A stretch of DNA of 64,000 nt from Squalus acanthias. Lineage: Eukaryota. The position numbers were made by a program, and so were the translations under genes. Of the stretch, positions 36,966 to 49,311 are shown one piece after another. The number at the start of each line of letters is the position of its first letter. The first letter of the stretch is position 1. Below the pieces are notes generated by a model. That model had not been told where the DNA came from. It searched no databases and saw only the letters and a program-made list of their open reading frames with translations. The stretch is from contig CM059427.1 of NCBI GenBank assembly GCA_030390025.1, forward strand, positions 186,434,001-186,498,000. Reading direction: 5' to 3'.

Positions 36966-38828
36966 TTAACAGTCCTTACGTGAAATATTGTAGCCCAGAT
37001 ATCAGAGTTTTATTTGGTAAGTTTTAATTATACTGTAATTCAGAATACCCAAATGAATAGTCACTAAATCACGTTGGGAACATAGGAACAGGGGTAGGTC
37101 ATTCAGCCCCTCGAGCCTGTTCTGCCGCCATTGAATTAGATCATAACTGATCTGTATATCAACTCCATTTCCCCACCTTTGCTCCATATCCCTTGATACC
37201 CTTACCCAACAAAGATCTTCCATCCTCAGTCTTGGGAAAATTTCAATTGACCTCGCATCCACAGAGTTTGGGAGAGTGTGTTCCATATTTCCTCTACCCT
37301 TTGTGTAAAAAAGTGTTTGCTTCATAGAGGAAGTGATCTGTCCAGATTTCAGAGAAAAGCCAGTAGATATGTGGTTGAGAACTCAGCATTTCCATAAATA
37401 GAAGACCACATTAGTTATTTTCAAAGATTGCGAAAGTCTTGGTGCATTCTGTTACATCAGGATTGACGTACAATGGAAGATGCACGAGAAAGTAGATTTT
37501 TTTAAACATGATTTATTTTCCCCAATTCCCCAACTTGTGATCCCGTCGTCATGAAGTGACTGACCTCCCCCTCCCCCACACCCACACCGCACCCCGAAAT
37601 TCCTGGGAACTATTTGGTAATTTCTTCTAAATTAATCCAAATAAAAGGAAATATTTTATGTAGATGAGACGAATTTTGAACTTTTCATTTTCTTTTCATT
37701 TTAACATTAAATAACAATAGGAACAACAATTCTAAAGACTGACAATAAGAGATATGTGCAGGGAATTAGGTTAAACTAGTATTTTCTGTCCCTGTCCCAC
37801 ACCAGCCATTCTGGACCGCAGCCTGGTTACCATGAAGGTGAGAGCTGGGCTCAGGATTCCCTCAGACCCATTCCACTGCCTGTTGGTCCTTCTTCCCCTT
37901 TGTTTAACTTTCTCAATCCCTCCTCTCTCTAGAAATGTATCTGGTCTTCCCTGGTATTTAATTCCAGGACTAATATCCTTACAGTGAAAGCATTCTCCCC
38001 GCCCTCCCTTCCTATTCAAAATGTAATTTGTGCCACCTGGTATGTGCACCCCTCATCATACGGAGCAACTTGTATGGATCAATTGTGTCTGCTCTCGTTA
38101 GCATCTTGGAAATTTCTGGCCGACAACCTCCAGGTGTGACTCCCTTAACCTTTCCTGATAAATGACACTCCTGATCTCCAGAATCATCTTTCTTGATCAT
38201 CTCTGTAATCTTCCGAAGGTAATAATATTCTTCCTGTAATTGTCCAAAGCTGTACAGAGTAGTGCAGAGAGGGTTCTACTCAGTTCATATAAAGTTGTGC
38301 CTAAAGGTTTAAGTCCTTCTGAATCTGGTTATATTGTTATTGATTTGCCCTCTATCATCTTCTGTTATCTGGAGCCGTCGTCTCCCAATCCTCCCTGCTG
38401 GAGTGGACGGGAGGACATCACGAATTAACCTTACAAGTGTGATGCAATCGGCCAAACATGCTAATGAACCCATCCCCGGGATTTGGGATGTTGTCACGGT
38501 TCATGGCTGGAGGTGGCAGGGAGTCGCGGTCTGTCCTTATTCTGTAGCGGAGCTGGAACCCCAGAATTTCAACCCCGGCACTTCATGGTGTAACACTCCT
38601 TTCATTAAAAAACAGCAGATTCTCCTATTTACCATGAGTTCTGCCATTTGAGATCCTCCAGTAACATTTAAAATAACAGATCGCAAGACTGACCCCTTTG
38701 CGACCCATCCCGAAATGTTTTTGAGCTTGATATTGAGCTACCCTCTGTTTCCTTTTTTGATCCAATTTTCGATCTCAGCTCAAACGCGCACAACACCAAT
38801 TATGTCTGAACCCTGAGCTGAAATGGAA

Positions 38829-38979
38829 GAGGAAGCTCGCCTGCCCTGTGGTTTCACAAGAGACAACGTCAATTACTTTGTGCAGAGCAACGACTGAGAA
38901 CCTCAGTGTGTTGTGTGTCGCTGTGCTGGGAGCTTTGCTGCTCAGTCTCTGGACTTCTTCACTAGTCTCTTCCCACAAG
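38829..38979 (+). promoter_or_regulatory. Candidate promoter and non-coding first exon of copy B
   Basis: Ets GAGGAA (38829) next to RUNX TGTGGT (38847), followed by an AAG|GTAGGC donor after 38979 in apparently non-repetitive DNA. Motif evidence only. Confidence 0.3.
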
Positions 38980-39259
38980 GTAGGCAATCTTACTGCAAAC
39001 ATTCTTTTTAAAGGATTGATTTAAATGTGGTTTGAATAACTGAACGCATTGCTCAAAGATCTTGTCCCTTTTTGATCTTTTACTCTTTCAAATCAGTTCT
39101 TCTGTTGCACCCTGTTCCGCTTTAGACTAAACAAGGGCATCAAGTGCTTATTTATTTGGCTTTGTCTCATTTTTCATAAAGTTTGAAGAATGAGGTTTCA
39201 TACAAATAAATGGCTGCCATCTTTTAAGTCCGAAACTAGGGTCTTAAATCTGAACAAAG

Positions 39260-40745
39260 CAAACTACATAGGTATGAGGGGCGAGTTGGCTGAGGTAGAT
39301 TGGGAAACTAGATTAAAAGATTTGATGGTAGATTTGATAAGCAATGGCAAACATTTAAAGAAATAATTTGGAAAGCGTATACATTCATTTTAGGAATTAA
39401 AACCCTACGGGAAAAGTGGTCCAACCGTGACTAACAAGAGAAGTTAAAGATAGTATTAGATTAAAGGAAGAGGCTTATAATGTTGCCAAAAGGAGAAGTA
39501 AGCCTGAGGATTGGGAGGATTTTAGAATTCAGCAAAGCATGACCAAGACATTAATAAAAAGAGAGAAAATAGAATATGAGAGTAAACTAGCAAGAGACAT
39601 AAAAACAGATTGTAGAAGCTTCTATAGCTATGTAAAAAGGAAGCGATTATCAAAAGTCAAGGTGAGTCTCTTATAGGCAGATAGGGGAGAAATTATAATG
39701 GGGAATCAGGAACTGGCAGAAACATTAAACAAATACTTTGGGCTGGATTTTCATTGACCCGTGGAGGCGGGTTTGGAGGCATGTAGGGGGTTAAAATTGC
39801 GAAAACTGGCGGGTGGGCACAAGTCCGCCTCCATCCCGCCTCCACGCAATTTTCATTAAATCGTGTCTGCTGGTCCCGACTCCGTCCCACCTTTAAGAGG
39901 CGGGATAGGCTGTTAAGGCCCTTAACAAGCACTAAATTGGCTCTGTAATGCCATTTTGAAAGGCCTTTGTGATTTTAACCCTTGTTCTACATGAAGCGCG
40001 CCTGTTCTGAACCACGATTGTGATACCTGTAGGGAGCATATTTGGATATGGATAGTTGAGGCTGGCTGGCTGGCTGGCTGATAGATATGTGGATGGATGT
40101 ATATATGGGTAGCTATGTGGAGGAGACATATCTGGGAGTGGTGATGTAAAAATATCTGGGAGCAGACTTAGGGCTGCTGCTGCTCATTTTGCATCCAGGT
40201 CCTCTCACAGCAAAGGCCAGGCAGTCTCTGAAGACCTTCAATGCAGCAGCAATGATGACATCATCAGAGGCGACTTTCAGACTGAAAACACTAATTGGTT
40301 CATGGGTTCCCACATGCTGGAACTCAATTGCCCAATTAGGTGAAAATTGCATCAATCTCCCACATCCAATTGCAATCGGGTGGATAACACGAAAAGTGGA
40401 TGACACGACACCAACCCGTGCCTTTATCAAAATCCAGCCCTTTGTTTTCATGGTAGAAGACACAAAAAACCTTTTGGAAATAGTGGGGAACCAAGGGTCT
40501 AGTGAGAATGAGGAACCTTAAAGAAGTTAGTATTAGTAAAGAAATAGTACTGGAGAAATTAATGAGACTAAAAGCCAAGAAATCCCCTGGACCTGACGGT
40601 CTACAGCCTAGGTTGTTAAAAGAGGTGGCCACAGAGATAGTGGGTGCATTTGGTTTTGATCTTCCAGAATTTCCTAGATTTTAGAATGGTCCCAACGGAT
40701 TGGAAGGTAGCACACGTAACCCCAAGAAAGGAGTGAGAGAGAAAA
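39260..40745 (+). mobile_element. CR1 ORF2 linker fragment split by a MITE
   Basis: Homologous to 6300-7900 in reverse orientation, with the SPGPDGL motif. Confidence 0.85.
39740..40440. mobile_element. Harbinger-type MITE
   Basis: TIR GGGCTGGATTTT / AAAATCCAGCCC, TSD TTT. Confidence 0.85.
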
Positions 40746-41673
40746 AGCAAGGTCAAAGAGATTTGGATGCTTTTCAAACTTGTTAAAAGTTTCAATAGTC
40801 CACATGGAGTGTTCTGGCTGGTGCTGAATTACTTTTTGGTGACTTAAAGGCTTGTGCATAAACCAGTTGCTTCCAGACATGGGTGACATAGTAGGACTTC
40901 CTCTTGGCATTGAGCATGACGAGAAGAGTGAGCAGAGGTCACACCATGCATGACAAGCTGCTAGAAGAGGGAGTAGGAGGAGGGGGAGAAGTGCTCCCAC
41001 CAGGAGGCCATATCCACAGAGAGCCTTTAGGCAGCAGATCTGTTGGAGAACAAATTTCTGGAATGCTGTAATGCCCTGGAAGTCCTTATCAACATTGGTT
41101 ATAAAGCGAAGGATTACTGCCCATTTACAGTTATCTGGGCCTTGGTAGTTCATTGAAAGATGTCAATGTGTTTAATCCAAAACAGTGACACTAAGAGAAC
41201 CATCTACTGCTTTGGGTCTGTCACATGACCTAAGTCAGGACCAGTTAAACAAGCCCATGACCCTTTCATTATTGTCCGACATTTTAAAGATCCATAAGAG
41301 AAAAAATTAGCTTGTGTTTCGGAGTGGGTATTATACGTTTTATTTGTAACGCTAATTATAAAAATGATTAGTTTCACGTAACTTTCAGACACAAGGCTCA
41401 CAATATAAGGTGTCAGCCGGGGCTCAGTGGTAGCACACTCGCAGGTATGTTTGAGGCAGAGACAATTGGAGCTTTAAGGGAAAACTGGATGAATATTTGA
41501 GGCAGGGTAAGATTCAGGGCTTTGAGAGAGAGTGGGGCAGTGGGGTTAGTTTTTGGATTGTTCTAGCAAAGTGCTGGCACAGACACAACGGGACAAATTC
41601 TTCTGTGACGTAATCTTCAATGTCTCTATAGAAAGGAGGGATGGCATTGAGGATTATAGTTAGCAATTATCTT

Positions 41674-43830
41674 TGGCCGTGATTTTACTAACCTCGGCGG
41701 GTCCGTGGCGGGCGACGTCGGTGGCGGGTCCCGACCCGGCTGCTGGCTCCATCCCAGCCTCTGAAATGAATTTACCTTGATTGGGCTTGTTAAGCCCGCC
41801 CAGCGCGTTTCCCGGCCAATTAGAGGAAGTGGGTCTGAAACCTCATTGGATGATGCGTCATCATTCGGTTTCCTTAAAGGGACCATGCCCAAATTTAGTT
41901 TGATGTTTGTGCTGTCAGTGTTCTACAGTATTGAGGTGCTGCAAACACTGACAAGCACTGCACAGAGGTGCAGGACTGCACCCAGGCTGTCCCATGACTC
42001 CCTCCATATGCTTATGGAGGGTGTCACTGCACACAGGGAGGTCCTCTTCCCTTCCCATGGGCGGAAGAGACCTCCCTAGGAGTTCAACAAAGCCTGGTTG
42101 AACATTGCAGAGGAGGGCACAAGCAGGGATGTGGTCAGGAGGACCTGGGTGCAGTGCAGTGCTGCAAATGTTTCAATGATCTCAGTAGATCACAAAACGT
42201 TAGTACAAAGCCACACTCAACCTCATCCTGCTGTGCCCCTCATCACAGCCGAATCACTCTGCTTTCCCTATCCTACTCCTCCACATCCTTACACACACTA
42301 ACTTACCTTGGACTGCCAGTCATCCCTCTCTATCTATATTATCACATCCCCATCTCACTAGTCACCCTCACACTCACCCTCATCCCAGTGCAGTCAGACC
42401 AACTAACAACACAGAAGGGTAGCAACTTGTGTGTTTTATGCAATATTCATGTAAATATTCTGTTAATGTGGTGTCATACATTGAAACCTTTATTTTCAAT
42501 TCTTTGACAGATTTATGTGCACCTTTGGATGTGGTTTAGTGAGTTGCCGTGAATGGTGAGACATAACGGCACCCCCCGCAATGGTGATGAGTGTGAAAGG
42601 AATGGCTTGGGCATTGTTAGGGATGCTTTATGCTGTTGGTGTGGGGTGGTGCCAACCTGGCACATCATGTGGCACCCAGGGTGTACATAGTCATAGAGTC
42701 ATAACGGCACAGAAGGAGGCCATTCAGCCCATCGAGTCCGTGCTGGCTCTCTGTAGAGCAATCCAGTCAGTCCAATTCCCCCACTCTATCCCCGTAGCCC
42801 AGCAAATTTATTTTCCTCAAGTGCCTATCCAGTCTCCCCTTGAAAACATTGAGTGTCTCCGCTTCCAGCACTTCCGTCAGCAGCGAGTTCCAGGTCCTCA
42901 CCACTTGCTGCACCAAAAAGTTTTTCTCACGTCCCCCCTGTATCTCTTGCCCAAAACCTTAAATCTGTGTCCCCTAGTGCTTGTACCATTAACTAGTGGG
43001 AACAGTCTTTCCCCGTCTAGCCTATCCAAACCCATTATAATCTTGTACACCTCTATCAAATCACCCCTCAACCTCCTTTGCTCTAATGAAAACAAATCCA
43101 GCTTCTCCAACCTGTCCTTGTATCTACGATCCCCCATCCCCGGAACCATTCTGGTAAATCTCCTCTGCACCCTTCACATCCTTCCACGTCATCAAGTCAA
43201 GTAAATCTGGCCATGGTGTGGCCATCCCTGGCCTCCTGGGCAGCAATGTGGTTGGGTGCTAATGCCCTGTGTCCTGTACAGCATCAGTTGATTGCAGAGA
43301 ATGTTGGTGTTGTTGTTGGTGCTACTGGTGTGCCTGGTGCTGCTGGTGTGTCTGGTGATGCTGGTGTTGGGGCTGATCATGTTGGGATTCTGAGGACCAA
43401 GCTGAGAGTTTGAAGGGCACCCATGCTGATGGAATAGATGGCAGGTGAAGTAGAGATGACAGAAGCGATCTGTCAATGGTGAGAGAGGTAATGAGGTCAG
43501 ACTGGATGGAGACTTGTGTAAAGACTTGCAGCATTCTGAATCTGTAGTGGAAATGCACTTTAGAGAAGCTAGTGGCTAAGGGAACATTTCTCAATCAGCT
43601 GGGAGATTTGATTTGACATTTGAAGCTGTCAAATAATCAGCTGAAACATTGCAAGTGACCTCCCGCCTCAGCTTCACAGACGAGGTCTAGCCACAGCCAG
43701 AAACCGGTGGGCAACTTGTCCAATTCAAAAAGCTGGGAAAAAAGCTTTGTCAAGTGGCTGTAAACAAGCCACTAATGATTTTAATTGCCTCCCCCTGGCA
43801 GTGGGATTAGTTTTTGAATTGTCCTCAGAA
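41674..43830. mobile_element. Decayed Harbinger element with a Myb remnant (about 41960-42190, +), interrupted by a CR1 tail (42690-43175)
   Basis: APRLS...EVLFPSHGRKRPP...W..IA...RRTWVQC...KCFNDL, homologous to 28541-28723. Right end uncertain. Confidence 0.7.
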
Positions 43831-46800
43831 AGTGCTGGCAGACACAACGGGACAAATTCTTCTGTGATGTAATCTTGAATGTCTCCAGAGAAGGGAAGGA
43901 TGGCATTGAAGATTACAGTGAGCAATTATCTTTGTATCCATCCAAAAGAGCCTAATCTTGGAAGTAATCATTTACTTGTTACAATTCTGCCTGAGATGTA
44001 GAGGAACAAGAATTACAGCTGAGAGAATAAACACAAAGACAGTGATCTTGTGGAAGGAATGGTGTTCCTCCAACTTCATTCCAACCCATTTCCACAAACA
44101 CACACATACACACACACACAAACACACGTGTATTTGTGTGCAGACACGCATTAGAGAGAAATAACTTTTATTTATATACTGCACTTGACATCGAGGCAGC
44201 ATTTAACCATGTGTGGCACCAAGGAGCCCCAGTAAAACTGAAGACAATGGGGAACAGGGGGAATACTCTCCAGTGTTTGGAGTCAAACCTGGGACAAAGG
44301 AAAATGTTTGTGGTCATTGGAGGCCAATCATTCCAGCCTCAGGACATTGCTGCCCACCATTTTGGTAGGTTAGGACGCCATTTTGTGCACTTAAAACAGG
44401 GGCTGCATGCTGGGATTTTTTCGGAATAAAGGTCCCAGACCCAGATAGGCTGCTTCCAACTCCAGGCTGCTGATTTCAATCATGTGCAATCTCAAGACAA
44501 AGAATTTAATTGCTTAATGCAGAGTGCACCAACCTGAGGGAAATTACCAAATAGCTTGCACAACTGACAAGAAAAATATATTGGTGCACAGGTGTGATCG
44601 AACTGAGTTGACTCTGATTTGGCTCAGTGTTAGTGATGAACACACCTTTCCTTTGGTAACTATTTCTTTTAACCCTAATCCTAATCTGTAGTTTATACTA
44701 TTTTACATCAGGTTGTTTTTTAAAAATGTATTCATTCATGGGATGTGGGCATCGCTGGCAAGGCCAGCATTTATTGCCCATCCCTAAATGCCCTTGTGAA
44801 GGTGGTGCCCTGTAATATCCTTTCACTGGGGGGCTAAAAAGCCTTGTAAAGGTTTTTTTTTTAAATGCACAGCAAAGATTTCTTTTAATAATTATTCTTG
44901 AGATATTGGCATTGCTGGTAAAGCTGGCATTTTTTGCCCATCACCAGTTGCCCTTGAGAAGGTGTGGGTGGGCCTTCTTCTTGAACCGCTGCAGTCCATG
45001 TGTGAAGGTACTCCCACAATTCCTTTAGGTCGGGAGTTCCAGGACTTTGACCCAGCAACAATGAAGGAACGGCAATATATGTCCAGTTAGGATGGCATGT
45101 GACTTGGAGGGGAACTTGGAGGTGATGGTGTTCCCATGCACCTTCTGCCCTTGTCCTTGGTGGTGGAGATCGCAGGTTTTGGAGGTGCTGCCGAAAATGC
45201 CTGACGAGTTGTGCAGTGCGTCCTGTAGATAGTACACACTGCAGCCAAGGTGCGCAAGTGTTGGAAGGCGGGAATGTTTATGGTAGTGGATATGTTGCCA
45301 ATCAAGCAGACCGCTTTGTCCTGGATAGTGTCGAGCTTCTTGTAAGTGGAGAGTATTCCATCACATTCCAGACATGTCCTTTTAGGTGGTGGACAGGTTT
45401 GGGGGAGTCACTTGATACAGCAAACCCAGCATCAGACCTGTGGTAGTAGCCACGGCATTTATATGGCTGTTACAGTTGAGTTTCTGTTCAATGGCGACTC
45501 CCTGGAAACATTGAAACATAGAAGATAGGAGCAGGAGTAGGCCATTCGGCCCCTCGAGCCTGCTCCGCCATTCGATGAGATCATGGCTGATCATTCAAAC
45601 TCAGTACCCTGTACCTGCCTTCTCCCCATATCCCTTGATACCTTTAGCTTTAAGAAATATATCTAACTCATTCTTGAATATATTTAATGACTTGGCCTCA
45701 ACTACCTTCTGTGGTAGAGAATTCCACAGGTTCACCACTCTCTGGGTGAAGACATTCTTCCTCATTTCTGTCCTAAATGGCTTACCCCTTATCCTTAGAT
45801 TATGACCCCTGGTTCTGGACTCTCCGATCATTGGGAACATTCTTCCTGCATCTAGTTTGTCCAGACCTGTCAGAATTTTATATGTTTCGATGAGATCCCC
45901 TCTCATTCTTCTATACTCCAGCGAGTATAAGCCCAATCGACCCAATCTCTCCTCATATGTCATTCCTGCCATCCCAGGTATCAGCCTTGTGAATCTTCGC
46001 TGAAATCCTTCCATGGCAAGAACATCTTTCCTCAGATAAGGCTACCAAAACTGCACACAGTACTCAAGGTGTGGTCTCATCAAAGCCCTGTACAACTGCA
46101 GCAGGACATCCCTGTTCCTATACTCAAACCCTTTCGCTATGAAGGCCAACATACCATTTGTCTTCTTCACCGCCTGCTGCACCTGCATGCTTATCTTCAG
46201 CGACTGGTGCACAAGGACACCCAGGTCACGTTGCACTTCCCCTTCTCCCAATCTATTGCCATTCAGATAATTCTGCCTTTCTGTTTTTGATACCAAAGTA
46301 GATAACCTCACATTTATCCACGTTATATTGCATCTGCCACGCTTCTGCCCACTCACTCAACCTGTCCAAATCATCCTGGAGTTTTTCGGTATCCTCCTCG
46401 CAGCACACACTCCCACCCAGCTTTGTGTCATCTGCAAACTTGGAGATATTACATTTAGTTCCCTTATCTAGATCATTAATGTATATTGTGAATAGCTGGG
46501 TTCCAAGGACCGATCCCTGCGGTACCCCACTAGTCACTGCTTGCCACTCGGAAAAAGACCCATTAATTCCTACTCTCTGCTTTCTGTCCGCCAACCAGTT
46601 CTCTATCCAAGTCAATACCTTGCCCCCAATCCCATGTGCCTTAACTTTACACGTTAATATCTTATGCTGGACCTTATCGAAAGCCTTTTGAAAGTCCAAA
46701 TACACCACATCTACTGGTTCTCCCTTATCTATTTTCCCAGTTACATCCTCAAAAAATTCCAGTAGATTAGTCAAGCACGATTTACCTTTTGTAAATCCAT

Positions 46801-47881
46801 GTTGACTTTGTCCGATCCTGTCACTGTTTTTCAAGTGCTCAGCTATTACATGCTTTATAATGGACTCTAGCATTTTCCCCAGTACCGATGTCAGGCTTAG
46901 CGGTCTATAATTCCCCGCTTTCTCTCTACCACCCTTTTTGAATAGTGGGGTAATATTAGCTACCCTCCAATCCATGGGTACAGTTCCAGATTCCATTGAA
47001 TGTTGGAAGATGATCAGCAATGCATCTACTATTTCTAGGGCCACTTCCTTAAGTACCCTAGGATGCAGATTATCAGGCCCTGGGTATTATCGGCCTTCAA
47101 TCCCGTCAATTTCCTTAACACCATTTCCCTGCAAATACTGATTTCTTTCAGTTCCTCCCTTTCATCAGACTGTATGTTCTCCAACATCTCTGGGAGGTTA
47201 TTTGTGTCCTCCTTTGTGAAGACAGAACCAAAATATGCATTTAATTGGTCTGCCATTTCTTTGTTCCCCATTATAACTTCCCCCGCTTCTGACTGCAAGG
47301 GACCTACACTTGATTTCACTAATCTTTTTCTCTTCACATATCTAGAAAAGCTCTTACAGTCAGTTTTTATGTTCCCAGCAAGCTTACTTTCATATTCTAT
47401 TTTCCCCTTCTTAATTAATCCCTTTGTCCTCCTTTGTTGAATCCTACACTGCTCCCAATCCTCAGGGTTACCGCTTTTTCTGGCCAATTTATATGCCCTC
47501 TCATTGGATCTTATGCTATCCCTAATTTCCCTTGTTAGCTACGGTTGAGTCACCCTTTTTGTTTTATTCTTATGCCACACTGGGATGAACAAATTCTGTA
47601 GTTCATCCATGCAGTCTTTGAATATTTGCCATTGCCTATCCACCGTCAACCCTTTGAGTGACATTCCCCAATCAATCCTATCCAATTTGCGCCTCATACC
47701 ATCGTAGTTTCCTTTATTTAAATTCAGGACCCTAGTCTCTGATTCAACTACTTCACTTTCCATCCTAATGAAGAATGCTATCATATTATGATCACTCTGA
47801 CCCAAGGGGCCTCGTACAATATGATTGCTAATTAATCCTTTCTCGTTACATAATACCCAGTCTAAGATGGCCTGATCTCTG

Positions 47882-49311
47882 AAATAACAACAGAAAACGC
47901 TGGAAAAACTCAGCAGGCCAGGCAGCATCCGTGGAGAGAGAAAGAGAGTTGACGTTTCAGGTCGATGACCTTTCATCAGAACTGGGAAGAGCTGGAAATC
48001 AAATAGATTTAAGGCCAGGGTAAAGCTGGGAAAAGGGGGAGGGGATAAAGGAACAAAGGAGGAGATGAAGAGACATTAAGAGACATTAAGAGATATGCAA
48101 GGCTAGAGGTGGTGTTAATGTGACAGATTAAGGCTGAATGAAGTGTGAAATCTACTGGCAGAATGAAGGACAGCTGCCAGCTTCTAGGAGGAAAAAAAAG
48201 GTGGGGGGGACAAATAAAAGGGTAGATAAAATAAAATATAAATGTGATTGGAGCTGAGGTTATGATCTAAAATTGTTGAACTCGATATTGAGTCCAGAGG
48301 GCTGTAGCGTGCCTAAACGAAAGATGAGGTGCTGTTCCTCGAGCTTACGCTGAGCTTCCGTGGAACAGTGTATTAGGCCGAGGACGGTGAGGTCAGAGTG
48401 GGAGTGAAGCGGTGAATTAAAGTGACAGGCCACCGGGAGCTCGGGGTCCCCCTTACGGACTGAACGGAGGTGTTCCGCAAAGCGGTCACCCAATCTGCGT
48501 TTGGTCTCCCCAATGTAGAGGAGTCCACATCGTGAGCAGCGAATACAGTATACTAAATTGCAGGAAGTACAAGTAAATCGCTGTTTCACCTGGAAGGGGT
48601 GTTTGGGGCCCTGGACAGTGGGAAGAGGGGAGGTATAAGGGCATGTGTTGCATCTCCTGCGCGTGCACGGGAAGGTGCCGGGCGAAGGGGAAGGGGTGCT
48701 GGGGGTGGTAGAGGAGTGGACTAGGGTGTCGCGGAGGGAGCGGTCCCTGCGGAATGCTGAAAGGGGAGGTGAGGGGAAGATGTGTTTGGTGGTGGGATCA
48801 CGCTGGAGGTGGCGGAAATGGCGGAGGATGATCCGTTGAATGTGGAGGCTGGTGGGGTGAAAGGTGAGGACAAGGGGAACCCTATCGTGGTTCCGGGAGG
48901 GAGGGGCAGGGGTGAGGGCAGATGTGCGGGAGATAGAACGGACACGGTCGAGGGCCGTGTCGACCACGGTAGAGGGGAATCCTCGGTTGAGGAAAAAGGA
49001 AGACATGTCGGAAGCACTGGTATGGAAGGTGGCATCATCAGAGCAGATGCGGCGGAGACGGAGAAACTGGGAGAATGGAATAGAGTCCTTACAGGAGGCG
49101 GGGTGGGAGGAAGTGTAGTCCAGGTAGCTGTGGGAGTCGGTGGGCTTGTAGTGAATGTTAGTCAATAACCTATCCCCAGAGATGGAGATGGAGAAGTCGA
49201 GGAAGGGAAGAGAAGAGTCGGAGATGGACCATGTGAAGGTGAGGGAAGGGTGGAAATTGGAAGCATAGTGAATGAAATGTTCTAGTTCAGGGCGAGAGCA
49301 GGAGACGGCAC
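47882..49311 (-). mobile_element. 5'-truncated Penelope-like element with an uninterrupted partial ORF
   Basis: RT thumb and GIY-YIG in ORF 48260-49311, TSD CTCTG. Confidence 0.92.
47947..47983 (-). ncRNA. Minimal type I hammerhead ribozyme in the Penelope 3' region
   Basis: Minus strand reads AGUU-CUGAUGA-A-AGGUC-AUC-GACCU-GAAAC-GUC-AACU: intact core, stem II, stem I and GUC cleavage triplet. Confidence 0.8.

Noticed and set aside
41408-41445. tRNA gene
   Set aside because: Only the A-box head of a SINE, with no cloverleaf.
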